Below, in pieces: positions 1 to 12,629 of a stretch of DNA of 64,000 nucleotides (the stretch's first letter is position 1; the number at the start of each line of letters is the position of its first letter). Both the position numbers and the translations under genes were made by a program. The notes under the pieces were generated by a model that saw only the letters and a program-made list of their open reading frames with translations, searched no databases and had not been told where the DNA came from. The DNA is taken from contig NW_027019762.1 of assembly GCF_013076305.1 (NCBI RefSeq), positions 5,541,008-5,605,007 on the forward strand. The letters run 5' to 3'. This DNA comes from Rhopilema esculentum (lineage: Eukaryota).

Positions 1-2134
1 AGTGTCCTAATAAACTAATTTATTTTACCCTATTAGTTTGGAATGTAAATCTAGAACTGCAATCTTACGTTAGTCGCTAAAATAGCAAATGGAAAACGTG
101 ATGTTGAAAAATAACTTGAATTGAATTTTACTTGTACTATATACAGTTGAAAATGACTTGAAGTAGTATGGTATGGTCCCCTATTTGGTGGAACTTAATG
201 AGTCATAATGTAATGAAAGGTTCACTACACTAGAAATTCCCAGACTATCGACAGAAGCTTCGCAGCTGTGACATTATTTACAAATCACGAGGAAACAGAA
301 ATTTGGTTACACCTCTATTGAGAAAACAGAGAAGGGAATGATAAAGAATGTTAGCATGGAACTTTGTTTGTTGTCAGAAAGAAAAATACAGATTCCTTTT
401 TTATTTGAAAATGGAATCGGCGAGACTCGTGGGACACAACTATTATTATTACTATCCGTTTGTTTTATGTTGGAAATAAATAAAATATCACAGCAATAGC
501 TTACAGTAGCGAGCAGTATTAGCAATGAGATGATTAACACCAACATCTACAAAAACAAACTTGCAATATCAACATAATCATAATAATTAACAATAAAAAC
601 AATAATAAAACCCAAAATACATGTATGCTCTAAAATATAGTAAAATGTACAAAAACCCAGATTTTTTTTATAGAACAGTAGATTGCCTAGAACAGTCCTT
701 GCAGGTGAAAAATTTCGTAGGGGTCTATCTTTGGGGACAAACCAAAAAAGTTTCACCGCCAAATCGTTATCAAATCAAAATTCCTTGCAACATGAGTAAG
801 TCATAGCTGTTTATAAAAATACCTTTTTTGTTTACTGCAATGTGGTGAAGCTCAAATCGCTTCACAGAAGTGTTTTTAACAATATTCTGTTCCAGTTGTC
901 TTTGAGGGCCATTTCAGGGACAGTAACATATGGACAAAGTTAAGTCCTTTGCTACAAGGATAAATTTGAATGGCAGTATCTCCAACTTGCTCATTTATAA
1001 TAGGTCATCAGGATAAAGTGAAGGTCATCAGTTAAGGAGGATTGCAAAGTAAACGGTTATTCAGTTTACAAGTTCTTGTTTTGGGTGCTTTATCAAAATA
1101 GGCAGGTCTCCTTGTTTCAAGCGAAAGGTCGAACTTTGACATTGATTGCCATTTTCATTTGTTTTAAATAAAATCTGTTGTCTAAAAAATTATTTCAACA
1201 ACAAACTTTGATGTGAACTCAATCTTAAACAACAGGTGCAAATTTTAACAAAATTTATTGAAACATGTCAAGGGTCTTCGTTGTTTATCATTGCAAATGT
1301 CACCAGAGGCAGCTCATTGCTATAATATAGGTAGAAAGGTTGAACTTGATTGATCAATTTTCGAAATTCAAAAGCACGTACCACTACCAGTGTGGAGGCA
1401 AAGAATATCAACTCTGTTTCATTAAGCCTGTAAAACCTAAAGACTAAGAGCCCCTGCTAAACTCTATTCAAGAAGTCGCGAGAAAGATCTGGAAAAAGAT
1501 TTATTTTTGAAATATTTATGCCTTCAGGCAAAACGTCTTCAAACTTCAGCTATTAACACGTAACGACAAAGAGTGCATAAAAGTAGTTCTATCAGGTTTT
1601 CAGATAGATCAAAATCTAAGGTATCTTGTATATTTGAAGTGTGTTTAGTTTTGGAAATTCCCTTCTTTGATACCAGTCATTTCGTTATTGGGTCCCATTA
1701 GCTTTGGGCCCTGGGCGATAAAAGTCATAAATGCGGCCTTCTTGCGAAATGCCAAATGCATCTGGCAGTATGAGCAACAGGAGACGAGAGTTCTACTACC
1801 GGACTACAACCCCCGTATTTTAAGACTAGAAATCACCCATATTTAATTAAGATGCTGATGATACATTCAAAACACCAGAACTACCATCTTTAAACTCAAA
1901 CGAGTTGGAATATTGGCTGCTTTCGCATATGTTACCAGGTTATCAGTGAAAGAGAATGTCAAACCAAATAAGGTTCATTGGTTAAACTGAATTTGTACTA
2001 CAAACCTGTTCAGTAGCAGAAATGTTGGCTGTGAGATGGGGAATTTGTTTGGTTAGGGGATAGGTCATGGGAATAGGTGGAGGAATAGGTCGAGGAACTA
2101 GGTCAGAGGGAGATTTACTAACGTTTTAGCCAAT

Positions 2135-2452
2135 GAGTCATGAGTCATGAGTCACAATGAGTCGCATGGGTTGCAATGGGTCGCAATGAGTTGCAATGAA
2201 TTGCAATGAGTTGCAATGAATTGCAATGAATTGCAATGAGTTGCAATGAGTTGCAATGAATTGCAATGAGTTGCAATGAGTTGCAATGAATTGCAATGAG
2301 TTGCAATGAATTGCAATGAGTTGCAATTCATTGCAATGAGTTGCAATGAATTGCAATGAGTTGCAATGAATTGCAATGAGTTGCATTGAATTGCAATGAG
2401 TTGCAATGAGTTGCAATGAATTGCAATGAGTTGCAATGAATTGCAATGAGTC
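2135..2452. repeat. Tandem 10-mer satellite (TTGCAATGAR)n, ~30 copies
   Basis: Alternating ttgcaatgag/ttgcaatgaa units seen directly in the sequence. The array is preceded by 3x tgagtca. It accounts for the spurious minus-strand ORFs 2138-2632 and 2152-2436, which translate as repeated LQFIATHCNS. Confidence 0.95.
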
Positions 2453-3056
2453 GATTAAACTCCTAAGACAATTTCCTATGCTGAATAGAAATATGACATT
2501 CAAATTTGAATGTTTACTTAAAACCATAAAAAAAGACAAGCACAGCTTGCCAAAAACTAAGAAAAAACAGTGTAATAGCAGCCTCAACCAGATCACACTG
2601 GGCCCTCTCACATAACCATAACCTTGTGTCATTAGGAGATCTGAGATCCAGTTTGTTGTTAAAATAGTGCGCCCAACTAGAGAGGGGCGTGTGTCCGTAT
2701 AGATATACTATACTGCTATGTATAATGTATGGAAACATGTATATATGTTGTCTTTTATAATTCTGAGTCCTTGCTACCTCATCAGCCAATCCACCAGGTA
2801 GAGCATTTCGGGGCTTATGATCAGTATGCTCCTTTACACCTGGGTGCCCCCTCACCCCTGCTTCCAGGAATGATGCCAGCAAAGGTGTATCATTGTACCG
2901 TACTGTTGTATAGAAAAGAACGAGATATCCAGGTCCATGTGTATCGGGTTTATTCATGTAACCCGGCCATAAATGTATATATATAAAATGTATTACTGAT
3001 ATCAACTCACGACTCTTGACTCACGACTCACTGACTCAAGACTTAGGCAAACTCGG

Positions 3057-3960
3057 TCAGAGGAATAGTTTGAGGGGATAGGTTGTGTGAAAAAGTCGGG
3101 AAGGTAGGTTGAGGGGATAGGTTGGTGGGATAGGTTGAGGGAAAGGGTCGAGGAGACAGGTCGAAGAAATCGGCTGAATGAATAGGTTGAGAGAGAAGGT
3201 TGATAAAACCGGTCGAGGGAATCGGCTGAGGGAATAAGTTGAGGGAGAAGGTCGATGGGATAGGTTGGTGGGATAGGTTGGGGAAAGGGTCGAGGAGACA
3301 GGTCGAGGGAATTGGCTGAGGGAACAGGTTGAGGGGATAGGTCGGAGGAGTAGGTTGAGGGGGTAGGTCAGAGGAATAGGTTGAGGGGATAGGTTGTGTG
3401 CATTATACCCTGGGTACAAGAGCCACCCAAATTTGAGAACGGAAACAGAAGATAGGAGATGAGAAGCGGATGAGCGTCTATCTGGCATCCAGGGTATATG
3501 AATAGGTCTGGAAAATCGGTCGAGGAGACAGGTTAGGGGAATAGGTTGAGGGGAAAGGTCGAAGAAACAGGTCGAGGGATTCGGCTAAGGAATAGGTTGA
3601 AGGAATAGATGGAGGGAATGAATAGAAGGGAATGAGTCAAAGGAATAGCTTGAAGGAATAGGTCGAGGGAATAGCACAAGGGGAAAGGTCGGGGGAATAG
3701 GTTGGGGTAATAGGTTGGGGGAATAGGTTGAGGGGATAGGTTGGGGGATAGGTTGGGGGGATAGGTTGGGGGGATAGGTTGAAAGGATAGGTTGAGGAAA
3801 CAGTATGATAGTATGAGATTGAGGTTATAGGTGGTGGGAATAAATTGAGAGAATAGGTTGAGAAAATAGGTCGTAGGAAAAGGTCGAGATAATAGGTCGA
3901 GATAATAGGTCGATATAATAGGTTTAGAGAATATGTTGAGGGAATGGGTGGGGGAGTACT
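3057..3960. repeat. Degenerate ~13-14-bp minisatellite (GGATAGGTTGAGG / AGGTCGAGGGAAT family), ~0.9 kb, with a short leader copy at 2040-2110
   Basis: Dozens of imperfect ggataggttgagg / gaataggttgagg / aggtcgaggga units. A ~100-bp unique segment interrupts the array at 3400-3500. It produces the spurious ORFs 3057-3488 and 3533-4111, which translate as a proline/leucine-rich P-I-P-x-T-Y repeat. Confidence 0.9.
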
Positions 3961-6548
3961 GGAGTAGGTTGCTAGAATTGGTTGCGGAAACTGAATGACT
4001 TAGCAGCTTTAAAACTGAAAATTTTGGCGGTATCATAGAAACATGTACTGCTCCTAATAAGCAAATGTCTGTCTGTCTCCTAACTCCATTTTGACATTGT
4101 ACCTCAGTCAATACTTATCCCAAAGTTTCATGAATTCAAATTCCTTGCAAAGGAGAGAAAATGCATTTGCCCAATAATGATATACCTCTTCAAATAAAAT
4201 TTTCTTAAATGTGTATGTCCCATACTGGAAAGTATGAAATTGGTATGCCAAATATGTATGCCAAAGATAATCTGTGATGCCCCTACTTGCACCTGTACTC
4301 CACTCTAACCCACTAAATGTATGCCAAATTATGTCACTTTTTGCCCCAAGAGTAAGCCAAACACAGGTCTTACAGTCAAGTATGCCTGCAAACCAAAACT
4401 GGAGATTGCTGTGTGCCACAAATTTGTGGGACAATGTATGCAGATTCCAGTCTGGTAAATGTCTCAGTTTTAACGACAACAATGACCCAAATAGTTTGGA
4501 TCCACTAAAAACAACCAGGCAATGAATTATGCCTATATCACTTTTAAAAAAACTATTTTACACAAACTTTCACTTTTGATTTAAGGCACCACAAACTACA
4601 CTTTAAAAATGATTGACTGTTAGTTTCACAAAATATTTATGTACAAGACGGTCTGTGTATCAGATTCAGAGGAAGAATGCCTTGTGTCAGACATCATAGA
4701 TGGCTTTAACATTGTTAGGAAGCAAAGGCTTATTACTTTCAAGGTGGCTCTTTCCTGTCTTCTTGATGTACTTTTTCTGGATTCTAGCAATGAAAATAAT
4801 AAAAAATTCAATTGATGGTCAATCAGAAAACAAATGAAGAAGCAATCTACTCAAGATATGTCTTGTTCCACATTTATTGGCACAGGTGAATATGATAGCA
4901 ACATCACAAATCAAATTTCAAGCTTTAAAGTGGAGCAGGGGCAAAGATAGAGATGTGCAGTGAAACTCAGATTTTGGAAGGGCAGTAGATGAAATTTCCC
5001 TTAGAGATTCCAACAGATCAGCTAAACTTCAAGAATTTCCAACAAATTTGGTTATTTAGAGAAATAATAGCCCCCCTGCCTCCAAAACAATGTGATCTTG
5101 GGCAAAGACTCAAATATCTACAACAAATAATTAAAAAATATTCACTCCCATATATGTATTTTTAAAATCAAATTAAACTCAACCAAACTGTGTTTGCCAG
5201 ATTTTGCACTCAAAGTAGCAGATTGACAACACTGAGAAGATGGATGGACAGAAGCAGTACTTGCCGAATATCATTCACCAAAACCAAGTTATTTTGATAT
5301 TCAGCTGTTTCAGGTATGGCATTATGTATGGACTTTTTGGTGTTTAGCAATTTCAAATTTTGGTGTGCAGCACTACACTTATCAAATGTGTGAATCTGCC
5401 ACACTCTGCAGACTGGGGTAAGTGTAGAGGAATGAGACATTTTTTGTCTTTTATTTATTAAACTGCAAAATATTGGCCCTACAATTCCCATGGTCAACCA
5501 CAAAAATGGCAATAAAAAGGGAAAAACTTTAAAAAGATAACAATTATATATTTAATATAATAAAAAACCTACAGTTATTGCTTGTACACAATCCCAAAAT
5601 TTTTTATTCTCTTTTGAACAAGTACTCATTATTGCTGATTTTTTACAAAGCATCAACTCTCTGTGATATTCTTCACATGCCTCTAAAGCCCTAAAAGAAA
5701 AGGAAGGTTTCATCATCATTACCAGCACACCAAAAAAAATTAGACCAGATTTCCCTTCCCCTTAGACTTCTTATCACCTTTTTTTTATTCACCAATGTCA
5801 GTCTGGATTCCATGGTAGTTTTCAACGAGATCTAAAGAGTGCACAAAATATTACCTGGGAGTGCAAGAGTGCATTGTGATTTCGCCTGCATACTTGAATG
5901 TGCAAAAAAATTTCTTATGTGTGCATATTTTCCCCGGCACTTATCCTGTTTACATCAACTTTTCATCTCAGGAAAATTTAATGACTGAGAGTTGTGAACT
6001 ATGCTTACCTACCACTACAAATAATAGCTGCAATTCAAATTCCTAAAAGGTTCTACAAGTAAAGGAATGACTTTAGAAATTATTTATAGAAAGGCCAAAG
6101 ACATGACTATCCTAAAGGATAATCTCAAGCACGGACGCCAAATAGGGGACAGGGGAAAAATTGTCCAAGGGCCTCAAAAATCTAGGGAGCCATATTAAAA
6201 AATTCTATTTTAAGAATTGAATTAATCAAATATAACAGAAGTATGCCTAAAAATATTAAAACCTTTTAATCAACTGCAAGAAAATGACTGCAAAAATATA
6301 TTCTGCAGTGTATTTAAGCTAATCTAACCTACTCAAAAGATTTTCTGCTCCCCTGCTTTGCCCCAGGGCCACTAAGAATTTTTGGCAGCCCTGATCTCAA
6401 GATCATTTAATTTAGAATGACCACTTTTTTCAATCCCAGTTATGAAAAACTTAGGAAATTCATTTTGTCATATTTGAAAAAAGCTTTTTAATTTGGGCCA
6501 CACCCAAAACCACACCTATATTTTGGGTTTGCAAGAGTGCACTGGTAA

Positions 6549-8102
6549 CAGTGGTGGCGCCAGAGGGGGGGCAGGGGGGGCTACAGCCCCCCCGTCGGAG
6601 GAGGCTAGCCCCTCCGTCGGAAGATAAATTATGCTTGAATTTTTTTTGTCGGAGCGAATTTTTTAAGTTTTGGCGGAAATAGAAATTTCTAAAAGGACTG
6701 TTATCAGAATTCAGGAAGCTCATCCCAAAACAACTCATCGACACATCAATTTCATGGTAAATAATAATCTGTTATAAGAAGTTTGAATTGGTTGTTTAGA
6801 TGTTCAGTACCAGGTGTTTTCCGCATGCTGTTAAATTTGATCTTATGTTATGGATAGTGCAGTTCGTCCAAATCTTGCTTGCTATAACCAACCTACAACA
6901 TCGGAATATTTTTGTGCGATAGCGATATGGCAACAAATGTTACCCGTTTCAGTGTTAGATGTAGTATATGTAATGACGTATTTAACAATGATTACGCTGC
7001 CCGCCACACGAAGTCCAAGCACAAAGATTTGGCTGCAATGGGAAGGACTGCTCCTACGACGGCAATAGTTGAAACGGACTCGCAGCAGAGAAAAATAAAA
7101 ACATTTTTTCAATCAAAAGGCGGTACTTTTCCAAAGAAACGAAAGGTTAATGATTTTGAAACTGAAAGAACAACAGAAGACCCCGAAGAACAAGAAGTTG
7201 AAATTTCGAAAATTCAAGACGAAGAGCAAATCGAACGTGGTATGTTATACGTTTTAATATTTAAGTCCTTTTAATACGAGGAAAAACACTTAGCAAAGGG
7301 CTTCAGCCATAAAAACAATCAAACTCATTTACGTAGTAGCTAAGCCATTTTACCCCATCCCAACCATACATATTTGTAGTGTTTTGCTTCTACGTACACG
7401 TTTTTTTATTTATAAGAAACTTGACTCAAGCCCAGAGTACTAATAGTTTCCAAATTTCTTATTTTTTACTATTTTTAAGGGAAACCATCTATTACTATTT
7501 ACGATAAATCCTTCTAGTTTTTTTTATAAACAAGTTCCTTATTAAGAAAAAAACGTGTATTTTTATAGGAAACCTAGCTCTCCAGAAATTAAAAGTTTCT
7601 TATTTTCGGACCTATATAATATGGGATTTCACTGCGACTGCGACATATTTAAACAAATATACCTGGCTATGACTGGATGAGGAATAAACCTTGTTAGACG
7701 TATAAATTTCTTCGTTTTATTTACAAATAAAAATAATTTTTTGGATGATTTTGATATTAAGAGTCACAAAAGATTGATTAGTAAAAATGCCTTTTTGTCC
7801 ATCTCCCAGGAGGGGCAAGGGAGGGGGCAAACGTGCCCTTAGTAATATGTCAAAAAACGTAGTAAAAAACACGATTACACCATTTTGATAGCATTTTTAG
7901 CCAATCTAATGGGTGTAGCCACCAAAATTTTCCCGGGGGAGTACCCCCGGACCCCCGAATTTTCGGCTCGCAACGCTCGCCTTCGGTCTCCAGTACCCTT
8001 ACAATTCCTTGTCGCCCCCTAGCCCTATCGTTCTCTAAAAAAATTAGCCCCTCCGTCGGAAGTGCTAGCCCCTTTGTCGGAGGAAACCTAGCGCCACCAC
8101 TG
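6549..8102 (+). mobile_element. Non-autonomous (internally deleted) hAT-superfamily DNA transposon, ~1.55 kb, with 15-bp TIRs and a perfect 8-bp TSD
   Basis: The 5' TIR is CAGTGGTGGCGCCAG at 6549. The 3' end at 8102 reads CTAGCGCCACCACTG, whose reverse complement is CAGTGGTGGCGCTAG (13/15 identical). The flanking 8-bp direct duplication ACTGGTAA (6541-6548 and 8103-8110) is perfect, and 8 bp is the hAT target-duplication length. A subterminal motif TAGCCCCTCCGTCGGAAG occurs near both ends. The element carries a transposase first exon (6912-7238). Confidence 0.8.
6912..7238 (+). CDS. Residual first coding exon of the hAT transposase: a BED/C2H2-type zinc finger, then a basic NLS and an acidic tract; truncated by internal deletion
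   Basis: ORF MCDSDMATNVTRFSVRCSICNDVFNNDYAARHTKSKH contains C-x2-C-x12-H-x4-H. It is followed by FPKKRKV, identical to the SV40-type NLS core, and by an E/D-rich stretch. It ends at a canonical donor CGTG|gtatgt. No DDE or dimerisation-domain coding sequence follows within the TIRs. Confidence 0.5.
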
Positions 8103-10009
8103 ACTGGTAATTATACAAAAATTTATCGGGAGTGCAGCTGACATGGAATCCATACTGGCACCGATGAATGTGTTATGAATCATGATTTACATACAGTATT
8201 ACTTACTGACACCATCTAACTTTCTTTATGATTGCTTCTTTGCTAAGTTCTTTCTTTTTAAACAACTGATCAAAGGCATTACCCATTGCCACCGATAATG
8301 GTGGTCACGTTCTGGGAAATTTGCTGACTTTGTTGTCTCTGCACAGGAACGAGATCAAATGTAAATGGCAGCGGATTCACAGTTGTTTCAACATTTAGCT
8401 CTCTGTCTGCATCCCAGAAACAAAGTCCATAGTTATTCTCCCAATTTGTTGGAACATGTGATATGATACCTGAAGGTGAATCTTTTGATTTGCTATTGAA
8501 AATTTTGTCTTTGAAACTTAATTGGTGTCATACTTGTAATATTTTTATAATTCTGTAATAGCTGCAAATGACTTGAAATTTCATTTAACTCAACAACAAC
8601 AATAGTTAGTTACAATATATTTTGGTTTAAAATATGTGTACGAGAACAATATTAAAAAATAGCCTATCTAAAAGAGCTTGAAAAATCAAACAAAATGAGC
8701 CGTCACTGGCCATGATAGGAGCAGTATTTAATGATAAAATTTCAAAAATATCATAGGAAATTGTTGATAAGCTAGATCAAAATACATCAGAAAACATCAC
8801 CAAAAACTGCAATTCATAGTTATTAGGTGATAGTGCCATTAAATTACCAAAGATGACAGATATTGCCAAAGAAACCCAAAACTAATACCAGGGCTGGAAA
8901 ATTGTCCAGCAGCAGCGCTGCCAGGAAATTTTTAGCACAAAGTCATTGCAGGAAATTGTTGCTGTTTGCCAGGAAATTTTTATTGTGAAATCTTCATTAT
9001 GTACTTGATTTTAATTTAAAATTAAATTTATGTTACTCTCTTTCTATGGAACACTGTTTTCATGTGAATGGTTGTTCTGCACCACTTACGAAAGACGAAG
9101 ATTATCACATTTATTAAGATTGTCGTAATATCATGATTATCACATTTAAATAAAGTTTTAAAAGGGGCTACGCTATCAAGTTTTATTAGCTGGGTTAAAG
9201 CCAAACCTTTCAAATTGGCATGGCCCAGTGAACAATTGGAGCCCCCAAATAAATGTTAATTACCATCTTTGATGGCTAGGCTGCCAGATGAAATTATAGA
9301 TGTGGTAATAACTCGAAGGGCACTGAAGTTTTAGGACACTGAATTTACAAAGAGCTGGGGACTCTCCCACTCTGAGAGAAAGTTTGGTCCTGTCAGGACT
9401 CAAACCACAAACCCTTTCATCTATTTAATCAGCGACCCTAACCACTGAACCATCCTCCTACCTTATATATAATACTCCCTTGATCCTCTATCATATTTAA
9501 GTAGACTGAGTTAAAGTTTGATTTGTTTAATTAACACCATTTTCTTGAAACTTTTGCACACAAGTGACCCACTTTAGCGCTCACTTGCTACTGCTGTGTC
9601 CCACTTAAAAGCCTGAATCTGGATCTGTGCTAGGGAAAATGAGATCAAGGACATTACATTTTCTTTTTTCTCAGAGACTGTTTTGAATATTGTCAACCAG
9701 TAATTGTGACTATAAAATCTTTTATCCTGAATACATCAGTGCAAGTCATATAACATTTAAATCCTTGTCGACAAAACTCTTGCAGGGTAGTTATATTGGT
9801 TTTACTAAAGATCTTGCAGCTCCCCTCTGTAAATGTTCCAATTTCCCATTGGAAGATTGTGGTACTGGGTGCTCAAGGTGGGAATAAAGTAAGCATATCA
9901 GGATCTTGGGTAGTTTGGTAATTAGAAAGATTTTGAAGGTAATGTCTGTTTCTTTGCAGGGCTTTTCCAATTTTGAAGCAAAAGCTTAGAGAGAGAAGGA
10001 AAACAAAGT

Positions 10010-10147
10010 ATGGCAAAAAGCCATGGAGAAGGGTTTAAGCATAAGATAAAGTCATTGCTTGGGATACGAAAAGCAAATACTATCCAGAAAGCAGGGATTG
10101 AGAATGAAGAAGAACATGGTTTCATCTTCTCCCCGGATGTGCTTAAG
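10010..10147 (+). CDS. TSC2: TSC2 (tuberin) coding exon 1: MAKSHGEGFKHKIKSLLGIRKANTIQKAGIENEEEHGFIFSPDVLK
   Basis: ATG at 10010 with an in-frame upstream stop at 9974. Aligns to the human tuberin N-terminus [22 protein letters not shown]...EFIITAEILREL. A GT donor follows at 10148, and an acceptor at 9958-9959 suggests a spliced 5'UTR. Confidence 0.8.
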
Positions 10148-10329
10148 GTTTTGTAGTTATGATTGTATTTTCAGGCCTTAAAGTGCCTATGACATTAATT
10201 TTGACAAGTTTAGAGAAGGGCACAAAATTTGCTGATTTCAATTATATATGTTGAGGTGATTTTTTTTTCTTGTGGAACTGTCTGACAATTTAGGTTGAGT
10301 ATCCCTTTTCATGTTTTTGACTTTGACTT

Positions 10330-10920
10330 TTCAATTTTCAGATGGGGTATATATCCTTCTATCATTTTCTGTGTATCAGATTGCCATCTATTGCAAAGTT
10401 TCCTGCTATCGTACCTGCTTTCAGCAGAGATGTTAAAATAGGGCCATTAGTGGAGTCATACAATAAAGCATCTTAGTCTCAAAATAGCCCAAGGGGGCAA
10501 CCTTTAATTGGGCTCTGTATCCTATCTTTTTCAGCATATCAAACTGTCCTATATTGCAAAGTTTCCTGCTGTAGTACTGAAGTATGATTGAGATGCGATA
10601 ACACCATCTTTAAAAGTTCCGGAGGAAAGTACCCCAGTCTAAAAATAGAAAAAGGGGGGCAATTTTCAGTTTGGTTCTATATCCTATCTTTTGTACCGCA
10701 TCATACTGCCCCCTGTTGTAAAGTTTTGTGCTATTGTACCTACTTTCAGAAGAGATATTGTGATAACACTGTTAGGGGCTTTGGGCAAAGAACCCCGGTC
10801 TAAAGTAGTTAAAGCTGGCAATTTTCAGTTGGGTTCCATATCCTATCTTTTTCATCGTATCAGACTACCCATTTCTGCTGGGTAGTCTGATATGATTAAA
10901 ATTTCATGCTGGTATCACAA
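10330..10920. repeat. ~190-bp tandem repeat, ~3 copies, within TSC2 intron 1
   Basis: The recurring unit reads tatcctatctttt..atca.actg.cc...ttgcaaagtttcctgct(a/g)t.gtac(c)tg...agagat(g/a)t...atag....ccc.gtctaaaa.tag..aa.gg.ggcaa(c/t)ttt.a(g)tt.gg.tc. It ends with a short hairpin atcagactacccatttctgctgggtagtctgat. Confidence 0.8.
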
Positions 10921-11447
10921 TTTGCACAATCATTTGACTAACAGTCCTGGCTAAGTGGTATGGTGTGTTTATGGTGAAGATGGAACCAACTGCAAACCTT
11001 GTGACATCACTGATTCTTATGCTTTGTCACTCGCGCTCATTGTTTTAAAACCCCCAGAACAACCTTCCAATGCAAATTTTTGAGTTAATTGTTGTTTTAT
11101 ATTGCAACAACATGTAGAGGTTTCAATTTCTTTGAGATTAAACAATGTGTGAAGTTTAATTTCATTTGCACTTTAATGACAATTTTTGTCATTCGACGTT
11201 GATTGTAGTTGTTTTGATTGTTGTTGATTTCTGATGTAATTGTTTTATCTTTTCTGAAACATAGTTACCAAAATAAGATAAAGTGCTTTTAAAACAATGC
11301 AGATATTCTTGTCTTTTTGCTTTATTTGATGATGCTGTAGTAAAAGTGAGAGTTACATTAAAGAATCTTAGACCATATGGGGCCCAAAAATTTGAACATT
11401 ACTTGTTGTTGTGTAGAATTTTTAATAATAATCTGCTTGTTATTTAG

Positions 11448-11534
11448 GAGATCACCAAGGAAAATAATTTTGGTCACAGAGCCAGAGTATTGAAAGAGTT
11501 ATGTGAAGTTGTCTCAACAAGAAAACTTGAAGAG
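11448..11534 (+). CDS. TSC2: TSC2 exon 2: EITKENNFGHRARVLKELCEVVSTRKLEE
   Basis: Flanked by ag|GAG and GAG|gt, phase 0/0. Matches human RIRMIGQICEVAKTKKFEE. Confidence 0.8.
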
Positions 11535-12518
11535 GTTGAAATTTGTTTTTGATTTTGTTTCTATTCAGGCATTATTAGAACAGGGAAATATATATATTTT
11601 TAAAAATCAACAAAACATGCAAACCCGTAAAGGATTTGTGGCAAGGGGAACTGCTTTTTATATATGATTCAGAAAATGTATCTCAAGAGTTGCATATTTT
11701 GGCCTAGGGAGTGGAAAGAACATACCTTTTTATAACAAGAAACTTGAAAAATTCACTGTTCTTTCATTCCCCTTCACAAAGAGTACAATTTTTTTAGTTG
11801 AATTGGCCAAAAAAGCTGTGGAAATTGTGTTTTCCTTATTGATCAGTGTCACTGATTACCATATTTTGCTATCTATAAGATGCATAAGACGCACTAGCAT
11901 TCCATGTTTGAATTAAAAAAAATTTAGTTTTTACTGTGTGTCTTACCATGTATAAGACACACCCCCTTTTCTCAGTTCTTGTAAAGCATGTATCTTTGAG
12001 TGAAAGATTAAACTCGAGAATACTCTAGACACTACCTCTGTGGAGGAAAATTTGTTCAAACCTCCTTGTTTCAAATGATCAAGTAGAAAGTTTAACATCA
12101 TAAAATAAACAAAATCATCATTAACGTCTACATGTTTTAAAATCCATAAAATTCTTGTTTAGCATTGTGTTTTATTCACTTCCACAAGGATTGCAAGGAT
12201 GTACCCTCCAATTAAGAGGATGCAGGGTACAACCCTTCCATTTGGAAATAAAAAAGCTTTTGTCAGATAATTTTTCTATTGCGTCTTGAGAATTTTCAAT
12301 ATTGTAAAAATTATATCTTAAAAAATGTCAACAAAGTCAGACAAGATTTATAAATTCTGCAACTTTATCCCCTATTTCTGGTACATTTTAAGAAGAAGCC
12401 ATTTAAAGCTAATTTTTCATGAATATATGTAATTTATGAAATTTTAAAGAGAACTCTTTAGAAGTGCTATTGAGCTCTATTGATGACTCTTTTCAAGTTT
12501 GTAAATGTTTTTTGCTAG

Positions 12519-12629
12519 CATGCTGCAGAAGCAGTTTGGAGTGAGATATCAGATATGCTGCAGCCAACAGTGCCAACAGATGCCAGGCAAACAACCTTGA
12601 AGTTTCTTGTCTGTCTGATAACTGGTCAA
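12519..12629 (+). CDS. TSC2: TSC2 exon 3: HAAEAVWSEISDMLQPTVPTDARQTTLKFLVCLITGQ
   Basis: Acceptor ttttgctag|, donor CAA|gtatgt. Matches human [37 protein letters not shown]. Confidence 0.9.

Noticed and set aside
2138-4111. Long minus-strand ORFs of 164, 163, 143 and 192 aa at 2138-2632, 2514-3005, 3057-3488 and 3533-4111
   Set aside because: Three of them are translations of the TTGCAATGAR satellite and of the GGATAGGTTGAGG minisatellite. Those give perfectly periodic low-complexity peptides (LQFIATHCNS..., PIPPTYPLNL...). None of the four has splice context or homology.
9937-9959. Apparent donor AAG|gtaatg followed 22 nt later by acceptor tttctttgcag|G, upstream of the TSC2 ATG
   Set aside because: A 21-nt interval is too short for a spliceosomal intron. 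The acceptor at 9959 is more plausibly the 3' end of a longer 5'UTR intron whose donor lies further upstream.
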